Shown here: positions 1 through 12,422 of the stretch, in pieces
How the letters are laid out: every line of letters begins with the position of its first letter
Position numbering within the stretch: position 1 is the stretch's first letter
NCBI RefSeq assembly: GCF_001194135.2
Contig: NC_068995.1
Location: 54,527,544-54,591,543 of the forward strand
From: Octopus bimaculoides
Taxonomy: Eukaryota
Reading direction: 5' to 3'
Length of the DNA: 64,000 bases
Notes under the pieces: generated by a model
Databases searched by the model: none
What the model saw: only the letters and a program-made list of their open reading frames with translations
What the model was told of the DNA's origin: nothing
Translations under genes and position numbers: made by a program

Positions 1-333
1 ACTTGAAGGTCGATGTCTTCTTTAGTGAAGTATCTTGATGTCACCTTTATTTTTATCAATATATTTTATACTTCCTGCTAATTAGTTGATTGTGACTACA
101 ATCATTTCCTACTAATTATGTTAGCTCGAATTACTTCCAAGTAGATTTCCGAGGAATTTCACAGAGACACAAGCATTGCAGCAGTGAAGAAGCCCAGACA
201 GTTATTTCAGCTATAGTTGGTATTCGTAAGGCATAAGTTTATCGTAAATGATCTATTTTCAACAGACATAGACTAACAGTATTTCAAGGTCCATACAGAA
301 CCCACTTACTATTTACGTTCCATATGTTCGTTG

Positions 334-396
<63 letters not shown>

Positions 397-428
397 ATAT
401 CTATCTATCTATCTATCTATCTATCTAC
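334..428. repeat. (TATC)n / GATA tetranucleotide microsatellite
   Basis: Near-perfect TATC run read directly from the sequence; it explains the YLSI-repeat ORF at 331..627. Confidence 0.97.
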
Positions 429-1599
429 ATATAAAAAGAAACACACACACATGTTTGATGTGTGGTTATATGATCCTCATTCATCATACGAAAAGTATTT
501 GCTACGCATATTCATATCAAGACGTGTTTGTATTCAATCTTCTTTAGTTGAAGACTTCCTGACATTTTCCCTGCTAGTCGGTTTCCTTTCCCTTACTCTA
601 GACGTCGATAAGCATGCGAGCTCTTGAGGATAATAGATTAAATAGTGAAAGATTGAAAAGTTATTTTCCAAAGTGGAAACAGTAGGTGTACAGATGCATA
701 AGAATTCCATAGAAAGAGGATACAAGGAGCAGAGTTGCAGCAAAATGTATTAAGACATGACAAACATTAAAATTCCCCACGTAAGAACAAATGTATCAGT
801 TGGATTGAACATGAAAACATGTTACATAATTGGATAAAGTGGCGTCGCAATCTAAATTCAATCAAATGAACGACCTTTGTATGCTCTTTTTCGTACATAA
901 TCGTTAAAACTATTTAGTCCATTTGAGAAATATGCATCAAATTTTCATGTGTGACAAAATTGATGGGTAACAAACTGTCATGTTTTAACTATTTGCTTAA
1001 TATTCTCTTCTTTCACATTCAATTAACAGATAGAACTTATTTCCTGCATTTTATTTCTCCCTTAACACATGCAACGGATTTCCTTCAGATCCCAAAAGAA
1101 AGAAAATACAATGTTTTAGTCCTTACCACCAAACCAGGATCTGCTTTGATTTCTACTGTGCCCTAATAAACTTTCAGCCTAGCTTTTCAAAGTGGATTTC
1201 TGGCAAATTTGAATAATTTATTTTGCATACTGATCCAGAACAGATCAATATATTTTACAACAGATACAGTCTGAGCACATATTGCGTTTGTGCAATATTT
1301 CAAGGATTACTGCGAGCCAATAATTTAACATCATTACTAAATATCTTTTTCATAACAACCGTTAAATCGCCATAATAACCACACTATTAGATTTATTTGT
1401 GTATTGCACAGACCGGGAGCATTACACTGTTTAGAATATTAACTTCCCGACACGCATAAGATAAGACAACCTTCAAAACAATCAAAAGTGAAAACGAAAC
1501 CACTAAAAAAAAAAACAACACATAACACGTCATTTAGTACAAAAATTTAAACTAAACAATAGCAAAATTTATGATACTTGTGCTCTGAACACATGAAGA

Positions 1600-2180
1600 A
1601 TATTGCAGAATCCAATCACACGAAATTAAAGAATGTCAAAACAAGAAAAAAAAATACAGCAAGTATAGAAATAAATTATAAAGACATTAGATTGCACTTT
1701 GTGACATTTCAGAGTAAGAAAACACTTTCAAGTAAATTACAAACTCAACACTCCAAGCATTTTAGAGCAAACAAATTAATAAACTCATCAGAATAGAGGA
1801 ACCATAGTTGATATTGAGGACACAATAACAGAAGTCATAGAAAATACGCAAAGAGAACACATCGTTGATGAACATATATCTGCCTACAACCTGCTTACTA
1901 AAAAAATAAGAAATTCAGAGAAAAAATGGATGAATATAACGCAGACCTGTACGCAAGCGTGCTCCTAGCAGTATATTATTCGTGTACCTTAAGTTCAGGT
2001 GCAGAGGCAATACTGAAAGAAAAGTGCGTCCAATCCTAAAGGGTCACAATCATGTCAGATTCACCCCGAGTAAATCTACTTGAAAAAATAAAATGAAATT
2101 GAAAGAATTACATGCACGTACCTGGAAGAATGGAAATAGTCGGATCCAATATGAAAAAGAAGAAAAATACTAATTAACAA
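1600..2180 (+). mobile_element. Possible highly decayed apurinic-endonuclease (APE) domain of an RTE-type LINE
   Basis: A-rich plus strand with motif-like remnants in the expected order, but with stops and frameshifts: ANKLINSSE, ISAYN (cf. ISxYxPT), att att cgt gt ac ctt aa gtt cag (cf. IIxGDLNAQ if three bases were lost), TYLEE...KRRK (cf. FLEExxLxxxNTxFxKR). Matched by eye only. Confidence 0.3.
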
Positions 2181-2796
2181 ACAAATATACACAAATAATA
2201 TAAATATACGTGAGTATAAATGAAAAACTTAAATCGTATCAGTTATAGAAGAATTTCAATAACGTCAAAACATCTTTCAGAAGTTATATTTTAAATTAGT
2301 AAAAGTATTTTACGGGAATATTAAAAGGCCGCTGGAAGGCAGGCAAAGAAATGCGAATTCAAGCACGCTAAAGGGATACGCAAACATAGAACATGATGAA
2401 AGAAAATATCAAAAAGCAAGAGGAAATGTACCAATGCAAACACGGCTCATCACAGCTGCGAAGTAACCTACCAACACATTATTATCTTTATATAAAGGGA
2501 AAGCCCTGAAAATATTCTCGTTTTCTGACTGAAGCACATTTACATGATTATGTGACGCAAGTATGTAACGAAATTGCTGGATCAAAACAGCGAAAGCTTT
2601 AATTACTGTTGGAGGCGATTTACTATTTTAGGTAAGATTACATTCTGAATCAGATTTCACATATGTGCACTCTTCTTTCATTCTTGCGGAATTGATAGAA
2701 TATACTGAACTAGATAACGAATGGAGTTGTCTAAATTGAAAACAACCGGAATTCTTTTTTTTATTATTGCTTTATTATTCTTGCTATTATTGTAAT

Positions 2797-3002
2797 GATC
2801 GTCACTACTATAGGCACAACGCCCGAAATTTTGAGGAGCAGGATTAGTAGATTACATCGTCCTCAGTTCCAATGTTCAACTGGTTCATATTTAATCTAAC
2901 CGAAATGATGGAAGGCAAAGTCGTCGTCGGTGGAATTTGAATTCAAACGTGAAGACGGATGAACTTACGTTAAGCATTTTGCCCGGCGTGCTAACGATTC
3001 TT
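2797..3002 (-). mobile_element. tRNA-derived SINE, copy 1 of cluster
   Basis: Reverse complement reads AGAATCGTTAGCACGCCGGGCAAAATGCTTAA...TGAATTCAAATTCCACCGACGACGACTTTGCCTTCCATC...TTGTGCCTATAGTAG followed by a degenerate AAT tail. Homologous to several other copies in this window. Confidence 0.88.
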
Positions 3003-3167
3003 GTCTACACTAGGCACAAGGTCCGACATTTTGGGGAAGGGTACCAGTCAATTAGATCGACCCCAATACGAAAGGATATAAGGCGAAGTCAATCACCGCG
3101 GAATTTGAACGCAGAACGTTAAGACAGACGTAATACGGCTAAGCATTTCGTCCGACGTGCTAACGTT
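3003..3167 (-). mobile_element. tRNA-derived SINE, copy 2 (internal deletion)
   Basis: Same head (GTTAGCACGTCGGACGAAATGCTTAGCC), B-box-like GTTCAAATTCC and CTTGTGCCTAG tail as copy 1. Lacks the central GATAAAATAAGTACCAG segment. Confidence 0.88.
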
Positions 3168-3174
3168 TTTTTAT

Positions 3175-3332
3175 TTCTTTACTGCCCACAAGGAGCCACA
3201 CACAAAGAGGAGAAACAAGGACAGACAAACGGATTAAGTCGATTATATCGACCGTAATGCGTAACTGGTACTTATTTAATCGACCCCGAAAGGATGAAAG
3301 GCAAAGTCGGCCTCGGCGTAATTTGAACTCAG
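3175..3332 (-). mobile_element. tRNA-derived SINE, copy 3 (5'-truncated, alternative 3' tail)
   Basis: Reverse complement CTGAGTTCAAATTACGCCGAGGCCGACTTTGCCTTTCATCCTTTCGGGGTCGATTAAATAAGTACCAG...TCGACTTAATCCG shares the core with the other copies but ends in CCTTGTGGGCAGTA. Confidence 0.88.
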
Positions 3333-3335
3333 GTA

Positions 3336-3546
3336 CCGAGCTGGCAGAACAGTTAGCACGCCTACTGAAATGCCCAGAATGCTTCGTCCGTCACTACGCT
3401 TGAGTTCCGATTCTACCTTGGACGACACTGACTTTCATCATTTCGTGGTTGATAAAATAAGTACTAATTGAGTATTGGTGTCAATGTAATCGACTTACCT
3501 ACCTACCCGAAGTTACTGGCCTTGTACCAAAATTTGAAACCAATAT
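3336..3546 (+). mobile_element. tRNA-derived SINE, copy 4 (opposite orientation)
   Basis: GAGCTGGCAGAACAGTTAGCACG head, core 73% identical (72/98, ungapped, counted by hand) to copy 3, tail GGCCTTGTACCAAAATTTGAAACC. Confidence 0.88.
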
Positions 3547-3551
3547 TAATA

Positions 3552-3800
3552 TTGTGTTGGTGCATAATTATTAAGGCTTTTTTTTTCAACAAATTTGACA
3601 AAAACAATAACATTATTTAAAAAAAAACAACTTTAAATGATGGTTTGACCGTCTGCCAAGTAAATGGGAAGTAGTAACTGAAGTAGACGGTAAATATGCT
3701 CCGGAATAAGCATTAAAATATGTTTTTGTTACATATTATTATTGTCTTTGTCGAATAAAATTTGTTGGGAAAAAGCCGCAATAGTTATACACCAACCCAA
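3552..3800 (+). mobile_element. Non-autonomous (internally deleted) mariner/Tc1 DNA transposon, 249 bp
   Basis: TA on both sides (3550-3551, 3801-3802). Imperfect TIRs of about 60 bp (first 26 nt 21/26 identical) resembling the Hsmar1/MADE1-type end TTAGGTTGGTGCAAAAGTAATTGCGG. Bases 3641-3709 translate to WFDRLPSKWEVVTEVDGKYAPE*, like a mariner transposase C-terminus (xxxLPxRWxxVxxxxGxY). Confidence 0.85.
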
Positions 3801-5019
3801 TACTATCAACGTAAGGTTTGCACATATGGCTATATACTATACTAAATTCACGTGTTGTCGTTCACAGCCCGAAAATGCTGATCGTCGTGAATTCGAGTTC
3901 AATTCAATATGTTCTAATCGGGGTAATTGAGTAGAGGTGACTGACTACAGTACTTCTCTGTAAAAGCTCACAGATTTGAATGCTGTGTAAAGAATCAATA
4001 GAATTTAAAACATTATCATTGTCATACCTGATAATAAGTGGCATAAACTTTTTTTTCCATACCTTCAGAATCCTTACTTTTCACTCATTCATTAAGCATC
4101 TTAGGTTTATTGGCACTATCATTAAAATCCCTTAAACTGAATTTTCAAAATTTTCAATGAGCTATTGTTAAGTTGCAGCTGTTAAAAATATGAATGCTGC
4201 TCCGCCTCCCGGAATCTCCTTGAAATTCTTAGATACGTTAAGTGTATAAAGTAAAAAAAGAAGAAAAAAAGAAAAAATAGCAAGAGATTGAATATTCAGA
4301 ATGTTCAGGAGTTGTATACGAAAGAAATGATTTTCATTATTATTTGCTATCATATTTTCATCATCGTCATNNNNNNNNNNNNNNNNNNNNNNNNNNNNNN
4401 NNNNNNNNNNNNNNNNNNNNNNNNNNNNNNNNNNNNNNNNNNNNNNNNNNNNNNNNNNNNNNNNNNNNNNNNNNNNNNNNNNNNNNNNNNNNNNNNNNNN
4501 NNNNNNNNNNNNNNNNNNNNNNNNNNNNNNNNNNNNNNNNNNNNNNNNNNNNNNNNNNNNNNNNNNNNNNNNNNNNNNNNNNNNNNNNNNNNNNNNNNNN
4601 NNNNNNNNNNNNNNNNNNNNNNNNNNNNNNNNNNNNNNNNNNNNNNNNNNNNNNNNNNNNNNNNNNNNNNNNNNNNNNNNNNNNNNNNNNNNNNNNNNNN
4701 NNNNNNNNNNNNNNNNNNNNNNNNNNNNNNNNNNNNNNNNNNNNNNNNNNNNNNNNNNNNNNNNNNNNNNNNNNNNNNNNNNNNNNNNNNNNNNNNNNNN
4801 NNNNNNNNNNNNNNNNNNNNNNNNNNNNNNNNNNNNNNNNNNNNNNNNNNNNNNNNNNNNNNNNNNNNNNNNNNNNNNNNNNNNNNNNNNNNNNNNNNNN
4901 NNNNNNNNNNNNNNNNNNNNNNNNNNNNNNNNNNNNNNNNNNNNCATATATATATATATATATATGAGAACAAATAAATCTCTGAACGAGGTATAAACAG
5001 TGGCAGCACGACAACATGA

Positions 5020-5270
5020 AGTATATCTGCCACCTAAATGCGGCTAACACCTAAGGGTGAATACTACTGTAGCTTGTAGCCCCAGGAGGTCATCTCCTCC
5101 AGCTGCCTATTGACACACTTTCTGTGCCCTGTCGGTATTTGCAAAGGGATGTCATCCTCCCCATCGTCGATGTGACGTGATACGCACGGACACGGGTTTC
5201 TGAGTATTTACCCTTCGTCAGGGTACGACAATCACCGAACTTCCATGCGAAAGGCTCCCAATGCAAATAC
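5020..5270. repeat. GC-rich (about 50%) block, probably an interspersed-repeat fragment such as a LINE 5' region
   Basis: Abrupt GC and CpG enrichment against the AT-rich background, with no splice-bounded open frame. The family is not confirmable from the window. Confidence 0.3.
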
Positions 5271-7099
5271 ATATATCTTTTTTACACTGACGAAAATTAT
5301 CTGATCTCAAAAAGGTGTAAACAAGCAATGATCCAGGACTATCTACATTAAATTTCAAGCTCAGTTTTATAGATCTCGAATATGTAGTGTCTTGAGATTG
5401 TTTACATCTTCAGAAAATAAATGTTTTCCAAGTTGCATTATATATAAACATTCTCTTATTAAGTAATGGTCCAGTTATCTTATTCCGAAATAGATATCGG
5501 AGATGTATATACAATTCTTTATGCCCGAATGCAGGATGAATGTGGGCAAATTATCCAGGTAAATTGAACAGAAGCATCTACAAAAGGCGGGTAGATCATA
5601 TATTGGAAACCATTGTAATTAGGATGCATATGTTCTATTCCTCAAGGATGCACACCTCAGTATATATTTGAAGGAAAGAAGCTTCCTGGAAAGCTCTGTA
5701 TAGCAACAACGTTATTGAACCTTTACATACACACATAACGAGTTGCTGGTATAAGTGTCGCTGAGAACTAAAACAAAAACACACAATCGCACACAATTCC
5801 ACACCCATACATACAAGAGCTTTTGGGCACTGCTTACTTACTAAATTACTTATTAAAAGCCTCTTTCTAAGATTTTATGTAATTTGAAAACAGCAGGATA
5901 TAAACGAAAAGCAGGAAGTGTTAGGAGCGATAACTGGGCTAGTTATAGAAATGAATTGGTACTCCTAATAGAATTATTTGAATAGATTCAAACATTGATG
6001 AATATGCGTGAATACAGAAAGATATCTGAATACATAAGTAATTATTAATGTACTAACTGATTTAATATAGACATTTGTACGAATTTGTGTTCAATATCAT
6101 ATTAATATAGACAAAACACACTTTAATATCTATCTCTTCATGTATACATAATTATGCAATGATAAGTTTTATGCGTAAGATTTGGGGAAAGGATATTAAA
6201 TAGGTCATGGCTACATAATTAAGAAACTGGTGAAAGAATTTAGAAATGTATATTAAAATGCATTAATTATTAGAAATTTATAATGTAAAACATTCATAAT
6301 GATAATAGCATTATTATGCTAATAGCAATGAATATAAAAATAATATATTGGCAAATGAAATAGGAGAGATTAATGTTGCTAATTTGTTATAGCAAATAAT
6401 TTAGTTGATAGAATAACTTAATAGAATTATATACCGATGTCTACGAAGAAAGAGATGTCGATGATAAACCTAAGTAGAGGAGTTTATTTCAGCGAAATTA
6501 GAAACTATGAAAAGTTACCGGAAAATTAATTTGAATAGTTTCCGTATTTCACTTTATAATTTCTTAACGGAGGGAAATTTATACATACATATAAACACAT
6601 GGACCGTATTTATGTTGTATATATATATTCAGATATATATATATATANNNNNNNNNNNNNNNNNNNNNNNNNNNNNNNNNNNNNNNNNNNNNNNNNNNNN
6701 NNNNNNNNNNNNNNNNNNNNNNNNNNNNNNNNNNNNNNNNNNNNNNNNNNNNNNNNNNNNNNNNNNNNNNNNNNNNNNNNNNNNNNNNNNNNNNNNNNNN
6801 NNNNNNATATATATATATATATATACACACACAGATACACACACACACATTCACGCACACACATATAATCACACTTTTCCTTATTACAGAAGATAATCTA
6901 CAACATAAATGAAAGTGCGATTATATTTTATACGTATTTGGAGTCAATTGTTGATAGACTTCATGCCATTCAGAATCGGGTTACTGAACACATTATATTA
7001 CATTTGACCGCAGCAAAAAAACTACCTATTCAGTACAACAAATAAAGTAATAATGTTACTTATTATGCAATCCAACCATCACCAATCTATGGCCAAGAG

Positions 7100-7500
7100 T
7101 TTTATAGATGGTGCAACTACTAATGTTTTCCATCGTATCCTCCGGCAATGACACATTCAACAAGATAACTGTCTCTGAGAACGATGCCAAATCACATATT
7201 TGATTTTTAGGGATATATGTTGCCAACAAAAACACCTCTACAACAGTAGAACAAGAAAGCTGAAAGCGATTCGGATGAATCTGCAATTCAATGTGAATTT
7301 GGCTGCTGATACAGATAAGTCTTTATATTTAAGAAGACTCGATTTCCAACAGATGCAAAAACGGACGCTTATTCAAATGTCATTAAAATTACATATTCTT
7401 TTTTGTGTAACTTTGCTACATGACCTAAAATGTATACTCTTCTTGCAACCCCTGCCAAAATGTCCGCTAAATGCTAAAGTATTTCATTTCGTCAGACATA
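7100..7500 (-). mobile_element. Decayed RTE-like LINE ORF2 C-terminal remnant
   Basis: Minus-strand fragments in order: DEMKYFSI (cf. DEFKYLGSI); RVF...LY then exactly 14 residues then LSAFLFYCCR (cf. LY-x14-LEAFxxxCxR); *FGIVLR (cf. WFGHVLR); VIAGGYDGK (cf. xLxGxxxGK). Contains stops and an apparent deletion. Confidence 0.4.
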
Positions 7501-9019
7501 AGCAAATGTTTAAAGAGATGTTCACGCAGCTGGTTTTGATATTGCAAATAATGAAACAGGACTCCAGGCAAGCAACTTTTGATGTCCATATGATCAGCCT
7601 TTACCATCATTTAGACTGCAGGATGAAGAGACCACTAGCACCTTGTTGTTGCCTTTTGGAAAATGATATTTTGCCATTACGACAAAGAGAGAAAGAAAGA
7701 TAGAGAGAGAGGGGGGGTAGAGAGAGTGAGAGAGACAGAGAGAGCACTCAAGAAAGACAGTGTAGTCTATGAATATGTTGGATATTACAGCTCCTGAAAC
7801 TGCTACAAATATTATTGAAAACCAAAACCCATATATAATCTTTCATAGGCAAACAAAACATTTTTACGAACATCGTCTACCCAACCACTGTATAAGCCAT
7901 AATGTTCACACAGAAAAATCGTTTAGATATTTGACAAAATAACAGCCACTATGCACGTCACAATACATTAAAAGCTATATTACATTCAACACAGGGTTGC
8001 AACAAGCACTCTCTCCTTAGACCTTTTTTTTGCTAATGAGAATTGTGTTAACTAGAGACTGGAAAATGATGTTTTCACTTTAACTTCGTTTCACCTTAGC
8101 TTGAAGAGCAAAAGTGGTTCGAAACGTTTCGAGTAATTTACTGATTATTAATAAATACGCGAGCGTGTACATCACTGTTTATGGCTGTGCCTTTGTATAT
8201 GCACTCACACACACGCATATGTGTGTGTGCATATGTGTGTGTGCATGTGTTTATGCATGCGCATGTGTACATAAATATACATGTATATTAATTTTTATTT
8301 CGTATATATGCAATTTATAAAAGCCTATACACGACTCGTCGTGTAAAACTTCACCGTCTGGTCTCTTTCTCTATGCTATAAAATGACGATTGTGTAAAGC
8401 TGTTACATCTGTGTTAATATATGAAGGTTGTTCTATAATTTTGAATTCAGAGCACAGAATCATTGGACATGAAATAGTATAACATTCATGACTTTTCTTT
8501 ACGGTCACCAGATTTTCTCTTTATATGTCAGTTAATGCTGCTACCTTGGCTTTGGGGGTTAGCTGTCAAGAATATAAGAGCTGCTGCATCATTGATAATT
8601 TACTGCTTTGCTTTGCCTCGTATTCGCAGATTAATACGCAACAGGTTTACTAGTCAGTAAGGAATATAATGCATGGAATTATTAAGTCCTCGCTAATTGT
8701 TCATGTAAAAACACAATGACTATAGGTTTTTATAGAATTTTAGCTTTATCTTTGGCACAAATGTGTAGATATTACTATTTATTGAAGTGCAAAATTGTTG
8801 CTGTGTAATATTTGATGACTACAACGAGGGTAGATTTAATATACTTCATGATAGGAATACTAAACTTGAAGATCGTGGTGATTATGAATGTGAAGATGAA
8901 ATCAAAATTAATAAAGACATTAATAAAAAAAAACAATAATCGTTTTTACTCTAAGTAGAAAAACAACAATTTAGGCAGAAGGATTTCATAGATTGCAACG
9001 TTGTCGTGTTCAAAAGCTT

Positions 9020-9072
9020 GATTTGTACGTTATTTTATCGACTTCGGTTGGATAAAAGGCAACGTTGATGTC
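9020..9072 (-). mobile_element. SINE core fragment
   Basis: Reverse complement CGACATCAACGTTGCCTTTTATCCAACCGAAGTCGATAAAATAACGTAC aligns with the core of copies 3 and 4. Confidence 0.6.
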
Positions 9073-10224
9073 GCAATAAGTAAAAACATCATAACTATTA
9101 AAAGCTAGAAATATTAACGAATGCTCCACTATACTACTAACCGACCATCCCATCAATAGCAATAATAACATTAATAATCATAATGGTGAGAAAAAAATAA
9201 TAATAGATGTAATAGTTATCATGATGTTTTATTACATAAATGGAAGTTTATAAAAGATTGGGAGAGGCTATAGTCCATTATTTTGACACCAGAACATAGT
9301 GAAATGATATGAAGACGGTGGCGCAATACTAACAACTATGTAATCTACTTTGTCTTTAAACATTGGCAATCGATAAAACAATTTTAAACAAGTAGTCCAG
9401 TCAATTATATAGATTATATTTGCTATACTAGATTTCTCTTAGTGTGCTTTTTTTCTTAGAAATCTTAGCGATAATAATATTATTTGTTAGAGTGTCGGGA
9501 AAAAATCTTTCCAATATTTCTTCCCGCTATTTACCTTCTGAGTTCAATCCTCTCTACACTTAAGTCAACATCTGGTGTCGAGGGTACGATCTCATCCTTT
9601 TCTTTATTCAAACTTACTGTTCTTGTGTCTAAATCAGAATTATTACAATAACTATTTAACTATTTTCATTCTGTAACTTAATGCGGAACTGTTACGTCGT
9701 GTTTCTCAGAGGTGTACAGCATTCTCTCATTTATTCCCATACAGCATTTTGAGGCGATTAGGCGAGTATACTCTCTTCAAATTCATGTGTTCCATAAGTC
9801 TTGTCTTCGTGGAGTTTAGTTTCTTGCTACTTGTTATTTTCGTCTTTATTTTTAGTTGTACTTCATATGTTATGTGGAATGTGTAATTTTATTAGGCATT
9901 AATCGTACACACGCACGCACTCACGCACGCACACGCGCGCACACACACACACACCCACCCATTATATCGGTTGTCATTTTTGTACATATAATAGTATATA
10001 CATTGGGCTTGCCATGTTATATGGAATTCCTGGGGTTTATTGTTTAAGGGTATATGTTGTGTGTGGAGTCAGTTATGTTTAAGCTGTTCGAATCGAGGGA
10101 GAGTGTTTTGCGCAAAATGTGGCCTCTTCATTGCTAAAATATTTTTTTACGGATTGTGTGTAGTGTTTTCTGACATAGACCCTATTCTTCTTTGCATAGT
10201 ATTTTAAAACCATACTTAATAACC

Positions 10225-11005
10225 CAGTTAAAAGTATCGCTGTCTACGTATAATAGATTCTGCGTTCCTTTTCCCTGCAACCTTTCTGTTCTTCGGGCAG
10301 CAAGTTCCGGTTGTCAAGGTGCTCGTAAATACTTTCGAAGAGCATTCCTCTTAACAGTTTCGAGCCTGGTGGTCTATAATTGCTATGTTCTTTCTCTATT
10401 CATCAAATCTAGTTTTACTTCTCGATTAAAGCAATCCTGAAGTTGTTCTCTCAACCTCACAAGTAAACTACTATATTTCTTTAACCAGTACTCTTGAATA
10501 AAATCTCATCCTGGCTTCTTCCAATTCGGCATTTTCTCCAACATTTTACTCATTAATGCACTGCTTTGTCTTGCTAATTCACACTAATTACTTCTTCGCT
10601 TATTTTCTTTAGATAAGCTGCATCTCTATTATGTTTGACTGGTCGATCCCAAATACTACTTTCTAGGTTCTCGTGCATCTTCAGTACTTTCTTTTACACT
10701 ATTTGTTTGGCTATAAAATCTCCTCTCCTCTATCAGAAACAATTTCTTCTGTAGATACTCATCTATTCCTCTTTGATATCTGGAAAGCTTTCCTGTTTTT
10801 GCTATGTTATGATGTTTCAATTCTTCCATGACAACAACTTTTCTCTTTGTCTAAGTATTTTTTTTTCCAAGAGAAGATTTAAACTTGTGTTTCCTAACTT
10901 GTTCAGTTTCTCGGCTGCTATTTTACTCAGATCTTTTCTTAAGGTCATTACTTTATTTTCGAATCTGCTTCTCCTCATTTCGTCTTTTCTAATCTTTCCT
11001 TGAGG
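10225..11005 (-). mobile_element. Decayed R4/Dong-clade non-LTR retrotransposon (pre-RT region and RT N-terminus)
   Basis: Minus-strand translation in order: RRSRFENKVMTLRKDLSKI, LEKKY, VVMEELK, ERRFY, SIWDRPVKHNRDAAYL, MPNWKKPG*DFIQEYWLKKYSSLLVRLREQLQDC, SNYRP, SIYEHLDNRNLLPEEQKGCREK. These match the R4/Dong pattern MPNWKAPGPDGIQGYW...NYRP...LLPxEQKGCR. Multiple stops and frameshifts. Confidence 0.85.
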
Positions 11006-11281
11006 AAAAGTAATCTTCTAGTTACTAACAATACTAATTCTGTATAGATCAAGAAGTTAGTGTCACCTATAATTTTAGTGTCTATCAGATTAATAACAGA
11101 ATCTGCTTTCCTAGTCATATCTAATGGCTTCCTTCTGTCGGTACCTTTTAAAGCTGATATTCCTTAGTCGGGATATTTCATACTTACGAGGGTTGTTTCT
11201 ATCTATATTTTCGCCTTCCTTCTAGACTACTCGCGAGTCAAAGGTGCATTCAACATCAACTATATGCATGTATATGCATAT

Positions 11282-11331
11282 ATAAATATATTTATAAACA
11301 CACATACACACACACATGCACACACACACAT

Positions 11332-11416
<85 letters not shown>

Positions 11417-11472
11417 CATATACACACAAACCCATACACACACACACACATACACACACAGGTACATATATA
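11282..11472. repeat. Compound (CA)n-(TA)n microsatellite
   Basis: Direct reading. One of many such tracts (also 11760-11905, 12734-12824, 30510-30570, 32575-32664, 56260-56440, 58640-58800, 63940-64000). Confidence 0.97.
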
Positions 11473-11787
11473 ACGTTAAACGCATATCAATCCCGAATCA
11501 TGACCCAACGAAACATCGTTGATGAGCGTAATGGATATAGAAAAAGAATAACCTCTGTTTCTCAAGCTGGTAGTGACCTAAAATATCGTAATATGGTCAT
11601 CGTATAATGAATGGACTTACACAAACACACACACACAATCGTATATATATACAATATCGATTATACATCAAATCTACGATAAATAGTTTATGTTAAAACC
11701 TCTATACTAATGCATTCATTTATATATACATATGCATATATGCAGAGACACAAATATGTGTATACATACACAGATACACCACACACA

Positions 11788-11910
<123 letters not shown>

Positions 11911-12410
11911 TTAATGCACTCAAAAATATTTATTATTCCAGAGAAATACACAAATTTAAAAGCACGGCAAAAAAGTGGTATAAAACGAAAAAGTATGTTT
12001 ATAAACAAATCTGACAAACAAAATATGACGTTAATCCTCAGCTTCTACCAGAAAAGAAGTACATCATCATAGTTGAGATATAAAATTCTATAATTTCTGT
12101 GATTTGGTGTTTCCAAGTAAATAATGACTGATTTCTAATATGAGTAGAAATTTTGAAGAAAGCTTTTATTTTCGGTTTGTAATTTTCATTTCATTAGATT
12201 TGAATATGATATACAATGACTTATTTACTCGCTATTCCTTAACATTATACATTTGTGTTTTCAGAAGTGCCGATTGCAATACGATATTCTTTGCCAAATA
12301 AATAGATGTTCCGTAGATACCGAAAGGCACAATCTTCCCCACAAACAAACACACACACACACATACATATATTCTTTTACTGCGATGGGTTTGGTTAAGC
12401 AGCGTCTGTA

Positions 12411-12422
12411 AATAATAATAAT

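Noticed and set aside
4168-5050. ORFs of 200-290 aa here and at other gaps (35.0-36.1, 40.7-41.6, 45.6-46.3, 53.7-54.4 kb)
   Set aside because: Their length comes from N runs translated as X.
7200-7703. Longest gap-free ORF (167 aa, plus strand)
   Set aside because: No recognisable domain, it ends in a (GA)n tract, and it overlaps the antisense of an RTE-like remnant.
8100-8131. Hammerhead-ribozyme-like string TTGAAGAG...TTCGAAACGTTTC (Penelope-type)
   Set aside because: The first core base is T rather than C, stem II pairs at only one position in the correct register, and no stem I partner is visible. At most a dead relic. I found no intact CTGAnGA...GAAA motif by eye.
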